Positions 1 through 11,517 of a stretch of 22,070 nt of DNA are shown here, piece after piece. This DNA is from Octopus sinensis. Taxonomy: Eukaryota. Where the stretch lies: assembly GCF_006345805.1 (NCBI RefSeq), contig NW_021823572.1:1-22070 (forward strand), given 5' to 3'. Each line of letters begins with the position of its first letter. The stretch's first letter is position 1. The translations under genes were made by a program, and so were the position numbers. Under the pieces are notes generated by a model. It saw only the letters and a list, made by a program, of their open reading frames with translations, was not told the DNA's origin and did not search any database.

Positions 1-59
1 AACATGACCACATCCACAGAGTCCCTCTACACCTACACACTCATGCTGGTACCACAGCT

Positions 60-385
60 ATTACTACCACCCACCACCACCACCACCACCACTAACATTT
101 CTACCAGCATCACCACCACCACTATCATTACCATCCTCACTAACATTTCTACCACCACCAGCATCACCAGCAATGCCATCACCACCATCACCGCAACCGC
201 CATCACCACCACCACCACCACCACCGCCACCACCACCACTACCACCACCGCCACCACCACCACCACCACCATCACCGCCACCACTACTACTATACTACTA
301 CTACTACTACTACTACTAACTACAAGCAGCAGCAGCAGCAGTAGTGGCAGTGGCAGCAGCAGCACTACCACCACCACCACCATTA
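60..385. repeat. Imperfect trinucleotide array (ACC)n/(ACT)n/(AGC)n
   Basis: Runs of accaccacc, actactact and agcagcagc; these explain the Thr/Leu/Ser homopolymer ORFs. Confidence 0.9.
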
Positions 386-1454
386 CTAGGGCCTTTTCGA
401 ACCTTAACTTCAACTAAGCCATGGACACGACATCGACTACCAGCACAACACTGGAAGCGCAACCAGTTCACCATACCATCCGCACCACCTCCCTGTCCCC
501 ACTGTCACCTAACAACAACATCATGAATTCCCTCCTGCTCTCCAAGCTGATATCTGCAAAGGGTTCACCATTAGCAACAAGTTCAACAAACACGGCTGAA
601 ATCCCACTAAAATTCGCAACGTCGCCACAACCACCACCCCACTGCAAATAGGTTTACAACTTAAACAACAGCATCTCTTTCAACACTAAACCACAGCTAA
701 GATATCACAACACAACATCAACTAAATGCCAATAACACCTCACAACTGAGATTAGCAACATCACAAACTCACAACACCGAACTGCCAACAGCATGCCACC
801 GAACATCACCATCGCAACTCACAACGTCGCCATAACTCTCAACACATCAACACAACCTACACCACCACCACCACCACCACGGATACTATCACAACCACCG
901 ACTCGCAACCATTACCACCGTCACCCTGACCTCATTGATTTCACTTCGACTGGTACCACCACCACCACTAACATCATTAAATTGGAAGATCTTCCGTCAG
1001 TATCGACGATGGATATCCAGTTGTTCGGCCAAACTGGATTCTCGGAGAAATGGACGTGTAAGTGGTTGAATACCCCACAGATACGTCTACCATTAACACT
1101 CAAATGTGCATGATACAAGGTTAAATGCTTGAATTTCAGGTAAAATCCAGAGAAATGGAGAGAGTGAGAGGGAGAGAGAAAGAGAGAAAGATTACTGATC
1201 CCCGAGATTATTAAATGCTATGATGACATTGGTGGGATTTGAACTTGGAGAATAGAGAGCCAGATCGCATATTGAAAAACATTTTATCTGACGCCTCTAA
1301 CACACTTGCCAATTCGTAACTGCCATCTTTAACTAGAAAATAAGACACAACACCGCCATCAATACTCCGTTTCCACCAATACCAAATAGCCATACCATCA
1401 AAATCACATTCTCCACCCACTAACCATATAACCACCAACGTGGTTACTGAAACT

Positions 1455-1625
1455 ACTAGAAATAGTAGCCATTGTTGCTAAAATTCCTTAACGCTTAAGG
1501 ACTGATGCTTGAAAATGTAGTCCTTGCTAAAATGTGTCTAAAAATGACATGAAGGTCACGGCTAGAACAGAATTGGTCATATGTTTAGGTCCATTGAGCC
1601 AAGATTGATTTTCGGCTGACCAAAC
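1455..1625 (+). mobile_element. Degenerate interspersed repeat (SINE-like 3' part), copy 1
   Basis: Starts ctagaaatagtagcc and continues aatgtagtc...ggtcacggctag. The same motif order occurs at 2007-2160, and the start motif occurs inverted at about 21985-22002. Confidence 0.5.
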
Positions 1626-1654
1626 CAATCGACGTCTCATTACACCACAGGAGA

Positions 1655-1965
1655 CACCACCATCACCAAAAACACGACGACCACCACGACTACCACCACG
1701 ACCACTGCCACGATGATGATGACGACGACGACGACCACCACCACCACAACCACCACCATCACTTCTATGAGAGACAACAATTACAACAAAAGAAGGGTGT
1801 GCAGCGACAATAATAAAAGTATCATTGCCATCTCCAGCAGCAGTAGCAACAGCAGCTTCTGCAGCAGCAGTAGTAGTGGGAGCAGCAGCAACTGCAGCAC
1901 CGCCACTACCACCACCACTACTACCAACAACAACAACAACGACAACAACAACGACACCAATATCA
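1655..1965. repeat. Mixed trinucleotide arrays (ACC/ACG/AGC/AAC)n
   Basis: Directly visible triplet runs. Confidence 0.85.
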
Positions 1966-2006
1966 TCATCGATACATCATAGAGGAGGGTGCGTTCAATT
2001 CAGGTT

Positions 2007-2160
2007 GCTAGAAGTAGCAGCCAAATCGCCGCAGATCACACGATGCAGTTTCGAGAAAACTGAAGGAACCATTATATAATGTAGTATGAGAGTAGAAGGG
2101 TGGACACGGTCGAAGTATCCTTAATCTTACTAATTAGGTCTCACCTGCGACTCAACGTAA
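2007..2160 (+). mobile_element. Degenerate interspersed repeat (SINE-like 3' part), copy 2
   Basis: gctagaagtagcagccaaatc...ataatgtagt...ggacacggtcg; collinear with 1455-1625. Confidence 0.5.
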
Positions 2161-2301
2161 TAACCACAATAATAGCGACCATCACCACCACCATCGCATC
2201 TCTCAAGCTTCTTTCTCTATAAATTTAAACTGATTCCACCAATGTCACCTGGCGGTAAATAATAAGTGGAATTAAACACCACCACGCGCTGAACCTTCTT
2301 C

Positions 2302-2304
<3 letters not shown>

Positions 2305-2358
<54 letters not shown>
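2305..2358. repeat. (CT)n microsatellite
   Basis: Perfect CT run. Confidence 0.97.
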
Positions 2359-2361
<3 letters not shown>

Positions 2362-2494
2362 TTATATGCATACTATCACCTGTGTCGCATCCACCATCCC
2401 TCCCTTCATACCATTCTCCTTTGCTACCTGGTGGCTCTCCGTCTACCGTTGGTCACTGCCTGTCGCACAGATTGTCTTTGTGCGTATAATATGA

Positions 2495-2508
2495 ATATAT
2501 CTATATAT

Positions 2509-2553
<45 letters not shown>

Positions 2554-2616
2554 TATTATATATATATATACTTTACATATATAATATATACATATAATAT
2601 ACACACATACGTACAT

Positions 2617-2648
<32 letters not shown>

Positions 2649-2689
2649 CTACTCACACATCACACATATGTATATATGCATATACAGTT

Positions 2690-2722
<33 letters not shown>

Positions 2723-3016
2723 AACAGATAAAAATATGTGTGTGTGTGTATGTATAAACGTATATAAAATATATATATACATGTATGTATTCATGTACAT
2801 ATGTATATATATATATGTATCTATATATATCTATATATATAAACATATACATATATATATATATAACATATATATATATATATAAACATATATATACGCG
2901 TATATACATGTATGCATATATATGTGTACGTATGCATGGAACTCTCTATATATGCATGTATCTACGTATGTATATATGCATGCATGTGTATTTGTACATG
3001 CCTCAATATATTGTGT

Positions 3017-3049
<33 letters not shown>

Positions 3050-3102
3050 GCCATATATATATTATATATATATATAATTTCAACAATTGAGGGTAGAATT
3101 AA

Positions 3103-3160
<58 letters not shown>
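2495..3160. repeat. (TA)n-rich compound microsatellite region
   Basis: TA runs interleaved with CA, TG and CATA variants. Confidence 0.9.
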
Positions 3161-3161
<1 letters not shown>

Positions 3162-3395
3162 AATGTAGGATAACATTTTTTTTCGAAAATTTTTTTTATC
3201 AATGGCCAGCATATTAAAAAATACCTTTAAAGGTTAAATTTATATAATTCATAAATACGGACAAACGAAAAAATTTCTAATGCCAAATATGCCGAAAAAT
3301 TGGACATATTGTCCATTAACCATTTAATTTTTTCACAATATGCACCGCTACTCGAAAAAAGGTCGACAGAAATTTCTAAAATTCCATTATTATGA
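3161..3395. mobile_element. (TA)n-flanked interspersed repeat fragment related to 10130-10270
   Basis: Shares tggccagcatattaaaa..tacct.taaaggt.aaa and tgcca(a)atatgc.ga with 10178-10270; bounded by (TA)n on both sides. Confidence 0.65.
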
Positions 3396-3398
3396 CTA

Positions 3399-3516
<118 letters not shown>

Positions 3517-3570
3517 GTATGTATGTATATATATATATGTGTGTATGTATATATATATATATGTATCTGT

Positions 3571-3766
3571 GTGTCTGTGTTTACTCCCCACCTTCACTTG
3601 ACAACCGATGCTGGTGTGTTTTCGTCCCCGCACCTTAGCGGTTCGGCAAAATAGACCGATAGAATAATCATTAGGCTTTAAAAGAATAAGTCTTGGGTTG
3701 ATTTGTTTCGACTAAACGCGGTGCTCCAGCATGGCCGCTGTCAATTGACTGAAACAAATAAAATAA
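3571..3766 (+). mobile_element. SINE 3' half (cephalopod-type family; several copies in window)
   Basis: ttgacaaccg...cttagcggttcggcaaaa...gatagaataa...taggctt...cgactaaa...ggtgctccagcatggccgc...tgactgaaac, then an A-rich tail. Homologous to 4622-4735 (-), 16030-16233, 18022-18220 (-) and 21700-21925. Confidence 0.85.
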
Positions 3767-3828
3767 TGTATATAAGAAGTACATAAATAACTATGTTGTG
3801 TATGTACGTATGCACATTACATATATGA

Positions 3829-3864
<36 letters not shown>

Positions 3865-4115
3865 CACACATCACCACCCACATATATGTATGTATATATA
3901 TATATATATTTATATATATATGTTATAATATATATATATATATATATATGTAATATATAATATATATAATATGCACTACATGTGTTTACCTGTGTGAGTG
4001 GAGGCGGATGATTTCTGTGTGTGTGTACAGTTTCTCAATGTATTTCAGAAAGGATGTTGTACGTACGCTCGTAAGTATTAATGCGTGTATGTATCTATAT
4101 ATAAATATTAATGTG

Positions 4116-4226
<111 letters not shown>

Positions 4227-4566
4227 GCGCCTGTGTATGTGAGTGTGTGTGTGTGTTAGGTGCGCGAGGTGTAGTACCTCTAAGCTGGCTACGACTACCT
4301 GGCTAGCTTAGTTTGGCAATGAAGTTAGTTGAGATGTCACCTTCGCCAAACTAGCTGACTTCTTTGGTAGCGGATTGTCTGCTTGCTAACTAACTTCGTT
4401 TGGAGACTAGGTCACACACACACACACACACACACACACATGCATCCTGCATCACTTCTTTCATATTCTTATGCACTGAATCGTTGCTTGTCAATGTATA
4501 CATATATATATATTATATATATATATATATCTAGTGTGTGTGTGAATATATGTATGTATCCGGTTT

Positions 4567-4597
<31 letters not shown>

Positions 4598-4621
4598 TAT
4601 ATATTATATATATTATATATT

Positions 4622-4735
4622 GTTTTATTATTTTACTTGTTTCATTCATCTAACGGCGACCATGCTGCAGCACACCTTGAGTTGAACAATGCGACCCTAA
4701 TACTTATTCTATCGGTCACATTACCGAACCGCCAG
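4622..4735 (-). mobile_element. Degenerate SINE 3' fragment
   Basis: gcgaccatgctgcagcac...tacttattctatcggtc...ccgaaccgc is the reverse complement of the 3571-3766 family. Confidence 0.75.
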
Positions 4736-5023
4736 GTGTTTACGTCTTCCATGTAAAAACTGTAACACATGCTCACATATACAAACACACACGCACACGC
4801 CCAGATACACACACACACACATACACACATACACACAAATATACATGAATATATATATAGATATATATATATATGCGTGTGTGGGTGTGTGGTGTATTTA
4901 TAAATATATATATATATATAATATATATATATATAAATATATATATATATGCAAAAGCAATACATTAATATTTCAATATATGTTGCACATTATGTATACA
5001 AATGTATTTAAATATATAGATGT

Positions 5024-5068
<45 letters not shown>

Positions 5069-5759
5069 CACACACATAGGTATGCATGTATAAGGTCTAT
5101 CTGATATTTATATATGCGTATATATGTATGTATACGTACATATATATATATATATATTATATGCACATATACATCATTTAAAGCCGAGCAGGCTAAGCAA
5201 CACTCCCTTCACGCACTCATGCGTATAATATGTATATATATATATATATATATACAGATGCACAGGCGACACACATGTGTGTATATGTCTATATATGCAT
5301 ATGCATATGTGTGTGTGTATGTATGTGTATGTGTGTGTATGTGTAACGTCGTGCACGCGTGCACCTGTGAATGTTCATCCAATATGTGGACATATGTGTA
5401 TGCTTGCCTTATGTGTGTGTTTATGTGTGAGTGCGTGTTTGTAGCTACGTGCGAGGTAAGAGTAAATTTGTCCTCTGTCACATGTTCTCCGCGATATTTG
5501 TGTATGGTGGCAATGCATGCATTGAACAAATGCACATCCTACTTATGCAGGCTACTTCTAATGCAGCATGCATCGAAGTATGCACACACTTGTGCATCCA
5601 CGCCCACATACACATTTCCTCTTACTATTCCTCTCCATCCTTTCACCTTGTCTCCCCTTCCTCTCACTCACACTCAACCTCTCTCTTCAAGTCTCGTCTT
5701 TGACATAACTATATCTATCTATCTCTCTAGCAATCTATCTGTATGTCAGTCTTTTTTTA

Positions 5760-5829
<70 letters not shown>

Positions 5830-5842
5830 CTATCTATCTATC

Positions 5843-5930
<88 letters not shown>

Positions 5931-5967
5931 TTATCTATCTATCTATCTACCTACCTACCTAACTATC
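5760..5967. repeat. (TATC)n array, 5' flank of the Tx1-like LINE
   Basis: TATC run with TACC variants abutting the LINE. Confidence 0.95.
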
Positions 5968-8900
5968 ACCCGAATGCGCCAATGTGGACATGGAGCAACC
6001 GCATCGGGTCGTCGAGATCGTATCTAGATAGGATACTGCGTAGGACAGTAGATAGAGATAGCATAGGATGTCCACAATTCCACATAGTCAGCTACACGGA
6101 TCACAAACTTGTGACATGTACGCTAGACTTAGGTAAGACACTTAGGCAGGGTCCCGGATACTGGAAACTAAACGCGTCTTTCCCATCGAGACAGGTTTTC
6201 AGAGACCGGATTAGCACACTAGTAAGAGAGGGCTTTGACGGAGCCATCATTCAACAACAATGGTGGTTTGTCCTCAAGAGGCAGTAAAAGCAGAAGCGAT
6301 TAGGGTACAGCAAAGCACTAGCCATAGATAGAAATAGAGTAGAGGGTGAGCTAGTTAAGAAGCTAGAAGAGGCAATTAGAAGCGGCATCGCATCCGACGT
6401 TTTGGCGGCAAGGTTGGCCCTCGACCAACACTTCAACGCCAAACACGAAGGGTGTGCTGTCAGAGCTAGGATGCGTGCTCTAAGGAACGAAGGTGTTGGA
6501 GCCGCAAGAGAGGCCCGTGTGGCAGAGGCGCAACAGGGCAACGAAGCCACCATTCGGTCTCTGGTAGATGAGCAGGAGCGCGAATTGATCGAGCCAAGTA
6601 AAATGTGTGAGGCCCTTTAACAGCATTTTTCCCGACTGTTCGGGACGAGTGGTTGGCAAGAACGTAGGGTGGACTTCAGTGCCTACCTACACAGCCTACC
6701 ACGACTCTCGACAAGAGAGGCAGGATGCTGCAAAGGTGCCATCACGACGGCGGAAGTGCAGGACGAGTTGGCAGAATGCTCGAGGGACAAATCACCGGGT
6801 TTGGATGGTCTACCCTACGAGCTTTACAATTGTATGCCAGACTGGTTTGGAGATGTCTTGGCAGCGGTGTACTGCAACTGGCAACAAAACGGGAGCATTC
6901 CTGGTTTTGTGAGCCGAGGAGCCGTAATACTGCTGAAGAAAGATCTAAACAAGGGAAATGTAATAGATAACTTTAGGCCCATCACTCTGCTTAATGCAGA
7001 CTTGAAAATTTTGGCGCTTGTCATCGAGAAACTGGTCGACAAGGCGCAAACATGCACCGTGCCGGGCCGGACCATCCATGACAACCTCCACCTGATGCGC
7101 TACATCATAGATAGGGTAGTTAACGAACCTGGCATAGGTGGGGTGCTTATCAATTTGGATCAATCGAAAGCTTTCGATAGGGTGGACCATCGATACTTGG
7201 AGGCAGTCCTCAGAGCGGCTGGCTTCGGTCCCGTCTTCAGCGGCTGGATAGCCGCTTTGTACAGAGGCATCCGTTCGGTAATTCGCGTAAATGGACATCT
7301 ATCGAGACCTTTCGACATCGCACGTTCGGTCCGTCAGGGATGCCTCCTCTCGTCGCTTCTATACGTATTGACTCTCGAGCCATTATTGCGGAAGCTGGCA
7401 ACATTGAGGGGTATCCCGCGAGAACTGGGATGCGGGACGAGAATGTCTGCATACGCGGACGACGTCACCGTCATAGTGTCTAGCCACGAGCACATCGAGC
7501 AGGTCGGCGAGACACTGAAAAACTACGAAGCGGTGACAGGAGCGAAAATCAAACGGAAAAGTCAGTGGGTTTGCGACTAGGCACCTGGAGAAGCAAGCCC
7601 ATGCCGTCCACCAGCGCCTCCGTCGTGGGACGCTGGACCGACGGCCCGGTCGAGTTGCTCGGGGTCTGGTTCGGTCCGGACCTCCAAGTGGAGAAGAACT
7701 GGAACGAGATAACGAGTAGGGTGGTCACTCTCGCCCGGCAATGGGCCGAGAGGAAACTGTCCCTAAAAGGTCGAGCGGAGGTGGTGAACACGTACATCGC
7801 GTCCGTCATCTACTACCGCCTGACCGTCGTACTTTGTCCCGACCCTACCATCACCAAACTAGAACGCATTCTCTTTCACTTCTTGTGGAAAGGATGCGTC
7901 CCGATGGTCAGGCAATCCATTTGCTGTCAACACCCGTTAAAAGGAGGACTGGGCATGCCGTGGTTGATGATGCGCAGACACGCGCTGAGACTGCGACATC
8001 TCAGGCTCTTCGTAGACGACGGTGAACAGGTGTGGTCACCGTTTGTGAGGCACGCTTTCCCGCAGCTCGTCTCCATGACCGAACTGCAGTCGTGGATCAA
8101 AAAGAGGCCGAGGAAGGGCGAATGGCACCTCGAGTGTCGCGTTGCTCTCAAGCAACTCTGTCGTCCTGGGTCGACCTTGAATGACTGCATCACAACCAAA
8201 GCATTCTATAGGGGATTAATGGAGGGGAGGCACGACGACGAGCTCGGGGCGAACCTGGACGTCGACGAGGAATACCTGATCCGCCTGTTCTGGACGACTT
8301 TCGGTCCAGGGCCCATGGACAACTTCCAGAGATCCCTGGCCTGACAGTGCTACCGAGAAGCGCTACCCATTAAGCTCTACAGACACGGCTCGAGAAACAC
8401 GGGGCCGACCTGCCCGAGATGCGGTCAGAGCGACGAAACCGTTCTGCACGCCTCGTGCAGTGTCCAACAGTAAACGACCTTTGGGCTTATTTCGAACAAC
8501 TGCTGTCACGTGTGGGACGAGTCGGTTTATCAGCTGAGTCTATCGTCAATATTGTGACGCCTCCTTCCTTCAAACGGGAAGGAAGAGCTATTTTCATCAT
8601 CCTTGTGGCTATGGCAAAGAAATGTATCTGGTGGACGCGTCTGAAAGGATTGGAGACAAACACTTTCCTCTCTGGTCAATCTCTCATCAACTTCTTCAAG
8701 TACCACTTGAAAAGGAAAGTGAGAGTAGAGAGGCAAGTTTTGTCTAGCGAATGTTTTAAAAAAAGATGGGTGAATGTAGCAAGGATGGCACGTATGAATG
8801 ACGAAGCCACCTTGAGCATGATCCTATGAACCCAGAAATTGAAAACAGAGGGTTACCCACTTGCAAACAAATGTGGTAACATATAACAATATTGACGAAG

Positions 8901-9233
8901 GTTACCGTGGTCTTTTTCGTAGGCTTTTCTTCCCACGGATAAACCTTACTTGCTTTCCCTTTTACATCATACATCATGACACTGTGATACACGATCCCTA
9001 TTGATCGTTTTTTTCCTCTCCCCCTTTTTTCCTCTTTTTTCTTCCTCTATTTTTCTTTTCTTTTTTTTTCTTTTTCACCCTTTTACGATCCCTTTTGATC
9101 GAAAACCTACGCCACATTTTTTCGTTTCTTCTGTTTTTTTTGTTTTTTTTGTTTTCTTTCATCCCACAAAAGAAAATCTCTACCTTGTAATTTGTCCCAT
9201 CTGTGTGCAGCCCTGTGTGGCCAATAAAGAAAC

Positions 9234-9234
<1 letters not shown>
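5968..9234 (+). mobile_element. 5'-truncated Tx1/L1-clade non-LTR retrotransposon inserted in (TATC)n
   Basis: GC-rich block with ORF2 remnants, a pyrimidine-rich 3' UTR and AATAAA at 9223-9228; both ends abut (TATC)n. Confidence 0.92.
5982..8829 (+). pseudogene. Disrupted ORF2: C-terminal APE endonuclease, reverse transcriptase and CCHC zinc finger
   Basis: APE end: SRSYLDRI..TDHKLV and GPGYWKLNAS. RT motifs: KSPGLDGLP, FRPITLLNADLKIL, LDQSKAFDRVDH, VRQGCLLS, AYADDV, then GGLGMP. CPRCGQSDETVLH..VQC spans a frameshift near 8450. Stops at 6285, 6618 and 8342; frameshifts near 6230-6305, 7555 and 8450. Confidence 0.92.
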
Positions 9235-9328
<94 letters not shown>

Positions 9329-9362
9329 CCTACCTATCTATCTATCTTCTATCTATCTATCT
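9235..9362. repeat. (TATC)n array, 3' flank of the Tx1-like LINE
   Basis: Starts immediately after ...aataaagaaact. Confidence 0.96.
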
Positions 9363-9577
9363 ACCTCTGTATCTCTTTGTCTCCTCCTCACAGTCTGTAC
9401 TTTCTTGCTCTCTTTATTCCCTCGTCCTTCTTTGTCTCTTTTAAATCTTCGCAAACAACTCAAAGGCTTGCACAGTTGCACCAAAAACACATTTATGCAG
9501 TCATGCGTATCCATTCTTGGAGTTAGTAGCTCGCGCTCTAAACCCAAAGTTACCGAGTTCGATTCCAAGCAGTGACC

Positions 9578-9583
9578 ATAATA

Positions 9584-9636
<53 letters not shown>

Positions 9637-9699
9637 TAATTATAATAATAAGAATAATAATAATAATAATAAGATAATAATAATTATAATAATAATAAC

Positions 9700-9730
<31 letters not shown>

Positions 9731-9735
9731 TAATG

Positions 9736-9813
<78 letters not shown>

Positions 9814-9826
9814 TAATATTATTATT

Positions 9827-9860
<34 letters not shown>
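9578..9860. repeat. (AAT)n microsatellite
   Basis: Long, nearly perfect AAT run. Confidence 0.97.
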
Positions 9861-9864
<4 letters not shown>

Positions 9865-9921
9865 CAACAACATCGAAAAATAGTTTAGGAATGAGAACCC
9901 AGGTTCGAAATTTCCCCAAGT

Positions 9922-9963
9922 CACTTGATGAAGACTGGAGGGTGTATCAGCCGAAACATTGTG
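9922..9963 (+). ncRNA. Degenerate minimal type I hammerhead ribozyme motif
   Basis: cac TTGATGA a gactg-N10-cagcc GAAA CATT gtg. Stem I is cac/gtg; core has C3->U; stems II and III have mismatches. Probably inactive. Confidence 0.6.
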
Positions 9964-10027
9964 TTAATAATAAACAAGATGAGGACAAATATCCGTCAAT
10001 TGTAAATAATGTAAATAATGTAAAAGA

Positions 10028-10091
10028 ATATATAATATAATATAATATAATATAATATAATATAATATAATATAATATAATATAATATAAT
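10028..10091. repeat. (AATAT)n pentanucleotide microsatellite
   Basis: Direct reading. Confidence 0.93.
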
Positions 10092-10215
10092 GTATGATAT
10101 ATATATATTTTTTCATTAATATATGTATATATAAACATTCTAATATACAATAAATTTTTTTCAAATATTTCATCAAGTGGCCAGCATATTAAAATACCTC
10201 TAAAGGTCAAAATTA

Positions 10216-10405
10216 TATACAATTATAAAGAAGGGCAAAATAAAAACATTTCTATGCCAATATGCTGAGAAATAGACTTTTAAATCGTCAATCACCACAT
10301 ACAATATACATCACTGTTGTATGTGGTGACCGACGATTTAAAAGTCTATTTCTCAGCATATTGGCATAGAAAAAATTTTCTTTTGCCTTTATTTACAATT
10401 GTATA
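10216..10405. repeat. Long inverted repeat (89-bp arms, 12-nt loop)
   Basis: 10216-10304 pairs with 10317-10405; the inner arms are nearly perfect (tttctatgccaatatgctgagaaatagacttttaaatcgtc and its reverse complement). Confidence 0.95.
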
Positions 10406-10432
10406 AATAAACCATACATACATGCACATTAC

Positions 10433-10485
<53 letters not shown>

Positions 10486-10582
10486 ATCCAAACAAGAAAA
10501 CAAAAACAAAAATCACAACAACGCAAAGACGTGGAACAAATAAAGTATTATTGGACGCTCAGGAAAGAAGGGAAGAAGGAGG

Positions 10583-10617
10583 GTTTGACGTTTCTAGCGG
10601 AGCTCTTCGTCGGAAAC
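10583..10617 (-). ncRNA. Minimal type I hammerhead motif (CCGACGA core variant)
   Basis: Minus strand: gttt CCGACGA a gagc tcc gcta GAAA CGTC aaac. Stem I is gttt/aaac, stem III is the palindrome ACGT, and the site is GUC. Confidence 0.7.
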
Positions 10618-11047
10618 ATAGGAGAAGGAAAGATCCCGAGAAGGGAAGACAGGGGAAAAAAATCGCTAGTGGTACAGACGAGGTCACATACTGAAAGACG
10701 GAAGTAGTAAAAGTAGAAGAATAATGTCTTTTAAAGACAGGAGAGTTATATCAAAGACAGTATGGTAAAGAAAGTGAGAGGGGGAATGTGTGTGGGTGTA
10801 GTGCGTGCGGGGAGGTCAGCGTGTGCGCGCGCGTGTGTGTGTGCAATGATGACACGTGTGTGTGTGTGTGTATGGCGAACAACTGGCTAGCAGGCCAGTA
10901 GTAAGAATTAAGGAGTGGTGTTTTGGGTCCAATCGCAGGTCAAAAACAAAGGGAGAGTTCACGAAAAAAAAAAAAAACAAAAGACGGAGACAGGTTGTGT
11001 AGAAAACAAACATATCCATTAGTATAACGCTCGGGAATCGAAAAAGT

Positions 11048-11083
11048 CTTTTACGTTTCGAGCCTACGCTCTTCCACAGAAAG
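11048..11083 (-). ncRNA. Minimal type I hammerhead motif (CUGUGGA core variant)
   Basis: Minus strand: cttt CTGTGGA a gagc gtag gctc GAAA CGTA aaag. Perfect 4-bp stems I and II, ACGT stem III, GUA site. Confidence 0.7.
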
Positions 11084-11152
11084 GAACACAGAAAGAAACA
11101 AGGAGAGAAAAAATGTGTGTAGTGGCTACCGATCTAAGTGTGAGTGTATATA

Positions 11153-11204
<52 letters not shown>

Positions 11205-11377
11205 ATAATAAATATTAGGGAATGAATCCAAAATTACAGGGAAAAATCAGATTTAGGGTTAAATCCAATTTATAGTAAAATATTATATAATATAATTCGA
11301 GACAAAACCACTATTTTAAAACCAAACAAGGAAAGACTTAATCAATACATAAAATTTTATATAAATTAAATAAACCG

Positions 11378-11420
11378 CCACTACAAATGTTTCATGTCTG
11401 CTCCGACAATCTTCAGGTGG
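11378..11420 (-). ncRNA. Type I hammerhead motif, left palindrome arm
   Basis: Exact reverse complement of 11475-11517. Confidence 0.8.
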
Positions 11421-11474
11421 ATTTTCGATCTTCTAATCAGTATCAAATTTGATACTGATTAGAAGATCGAAAAT

Positions 11475-11517
11475 CCACCTGAAGATTGTCGGAGCAGACA
11501 TGAAACATTTGTAGTGG
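11475..11517 (+). ncRNA. Type I hammerhead motif, right palindrome arm
   Basis: ccac CTGAAGA t tgtc ggagca gaca t GAAA CATTTG TA gtgg. Canonical core; stem I ccac/gtgg; stem II tgtc/gaca; short stem III; predicted cleavage after A11513. Confidence 0.82.

Larger units (their letters stand above)
9515..10025 (+). mobile_element. Composite short element: tRNA-like/B-box head, (AAT)n, hammerhead-like module and (GTAAATAAT) tail
   Basis: GTTCGATTCC at 9557-9566, (AAT)n at 9578-9860, degenerate hammerhead at 9922-9963, and a gtaaataat repeat at 10002-10024. Confidence 0.55.
10482..11137 (-). mobile_element. (TA)n-flanked non-coding element with two tandem hammerhead motifs (Penelope-like/retrozyme-like)
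   Basis: Bounded by TA arrays; hammerheads at 11083-11048 and 10617-10583; segment 10482-10640 is homologous to 17835-17993 (+). Confidence 0.7.

Noticed and set aside
4-1113. Thr/Pro-rich ORFs as a mucin-like gene
   Set aside because: Broken by stops and frame changes (417, 651), driven by triplet repeats, with no recognisable domain. A GTAAGT at about 1057 is not enough support.
9515-9577. Functional tRNA gene
   Set aside because: Only a B-box-like T-arm is recognisable; there is no complete cloverleaf or acceptor stem.
9353-9924. Poly-Ile/Leu/Tyr ORFs
   Set aside because: Antisense translation of (AAT)n.
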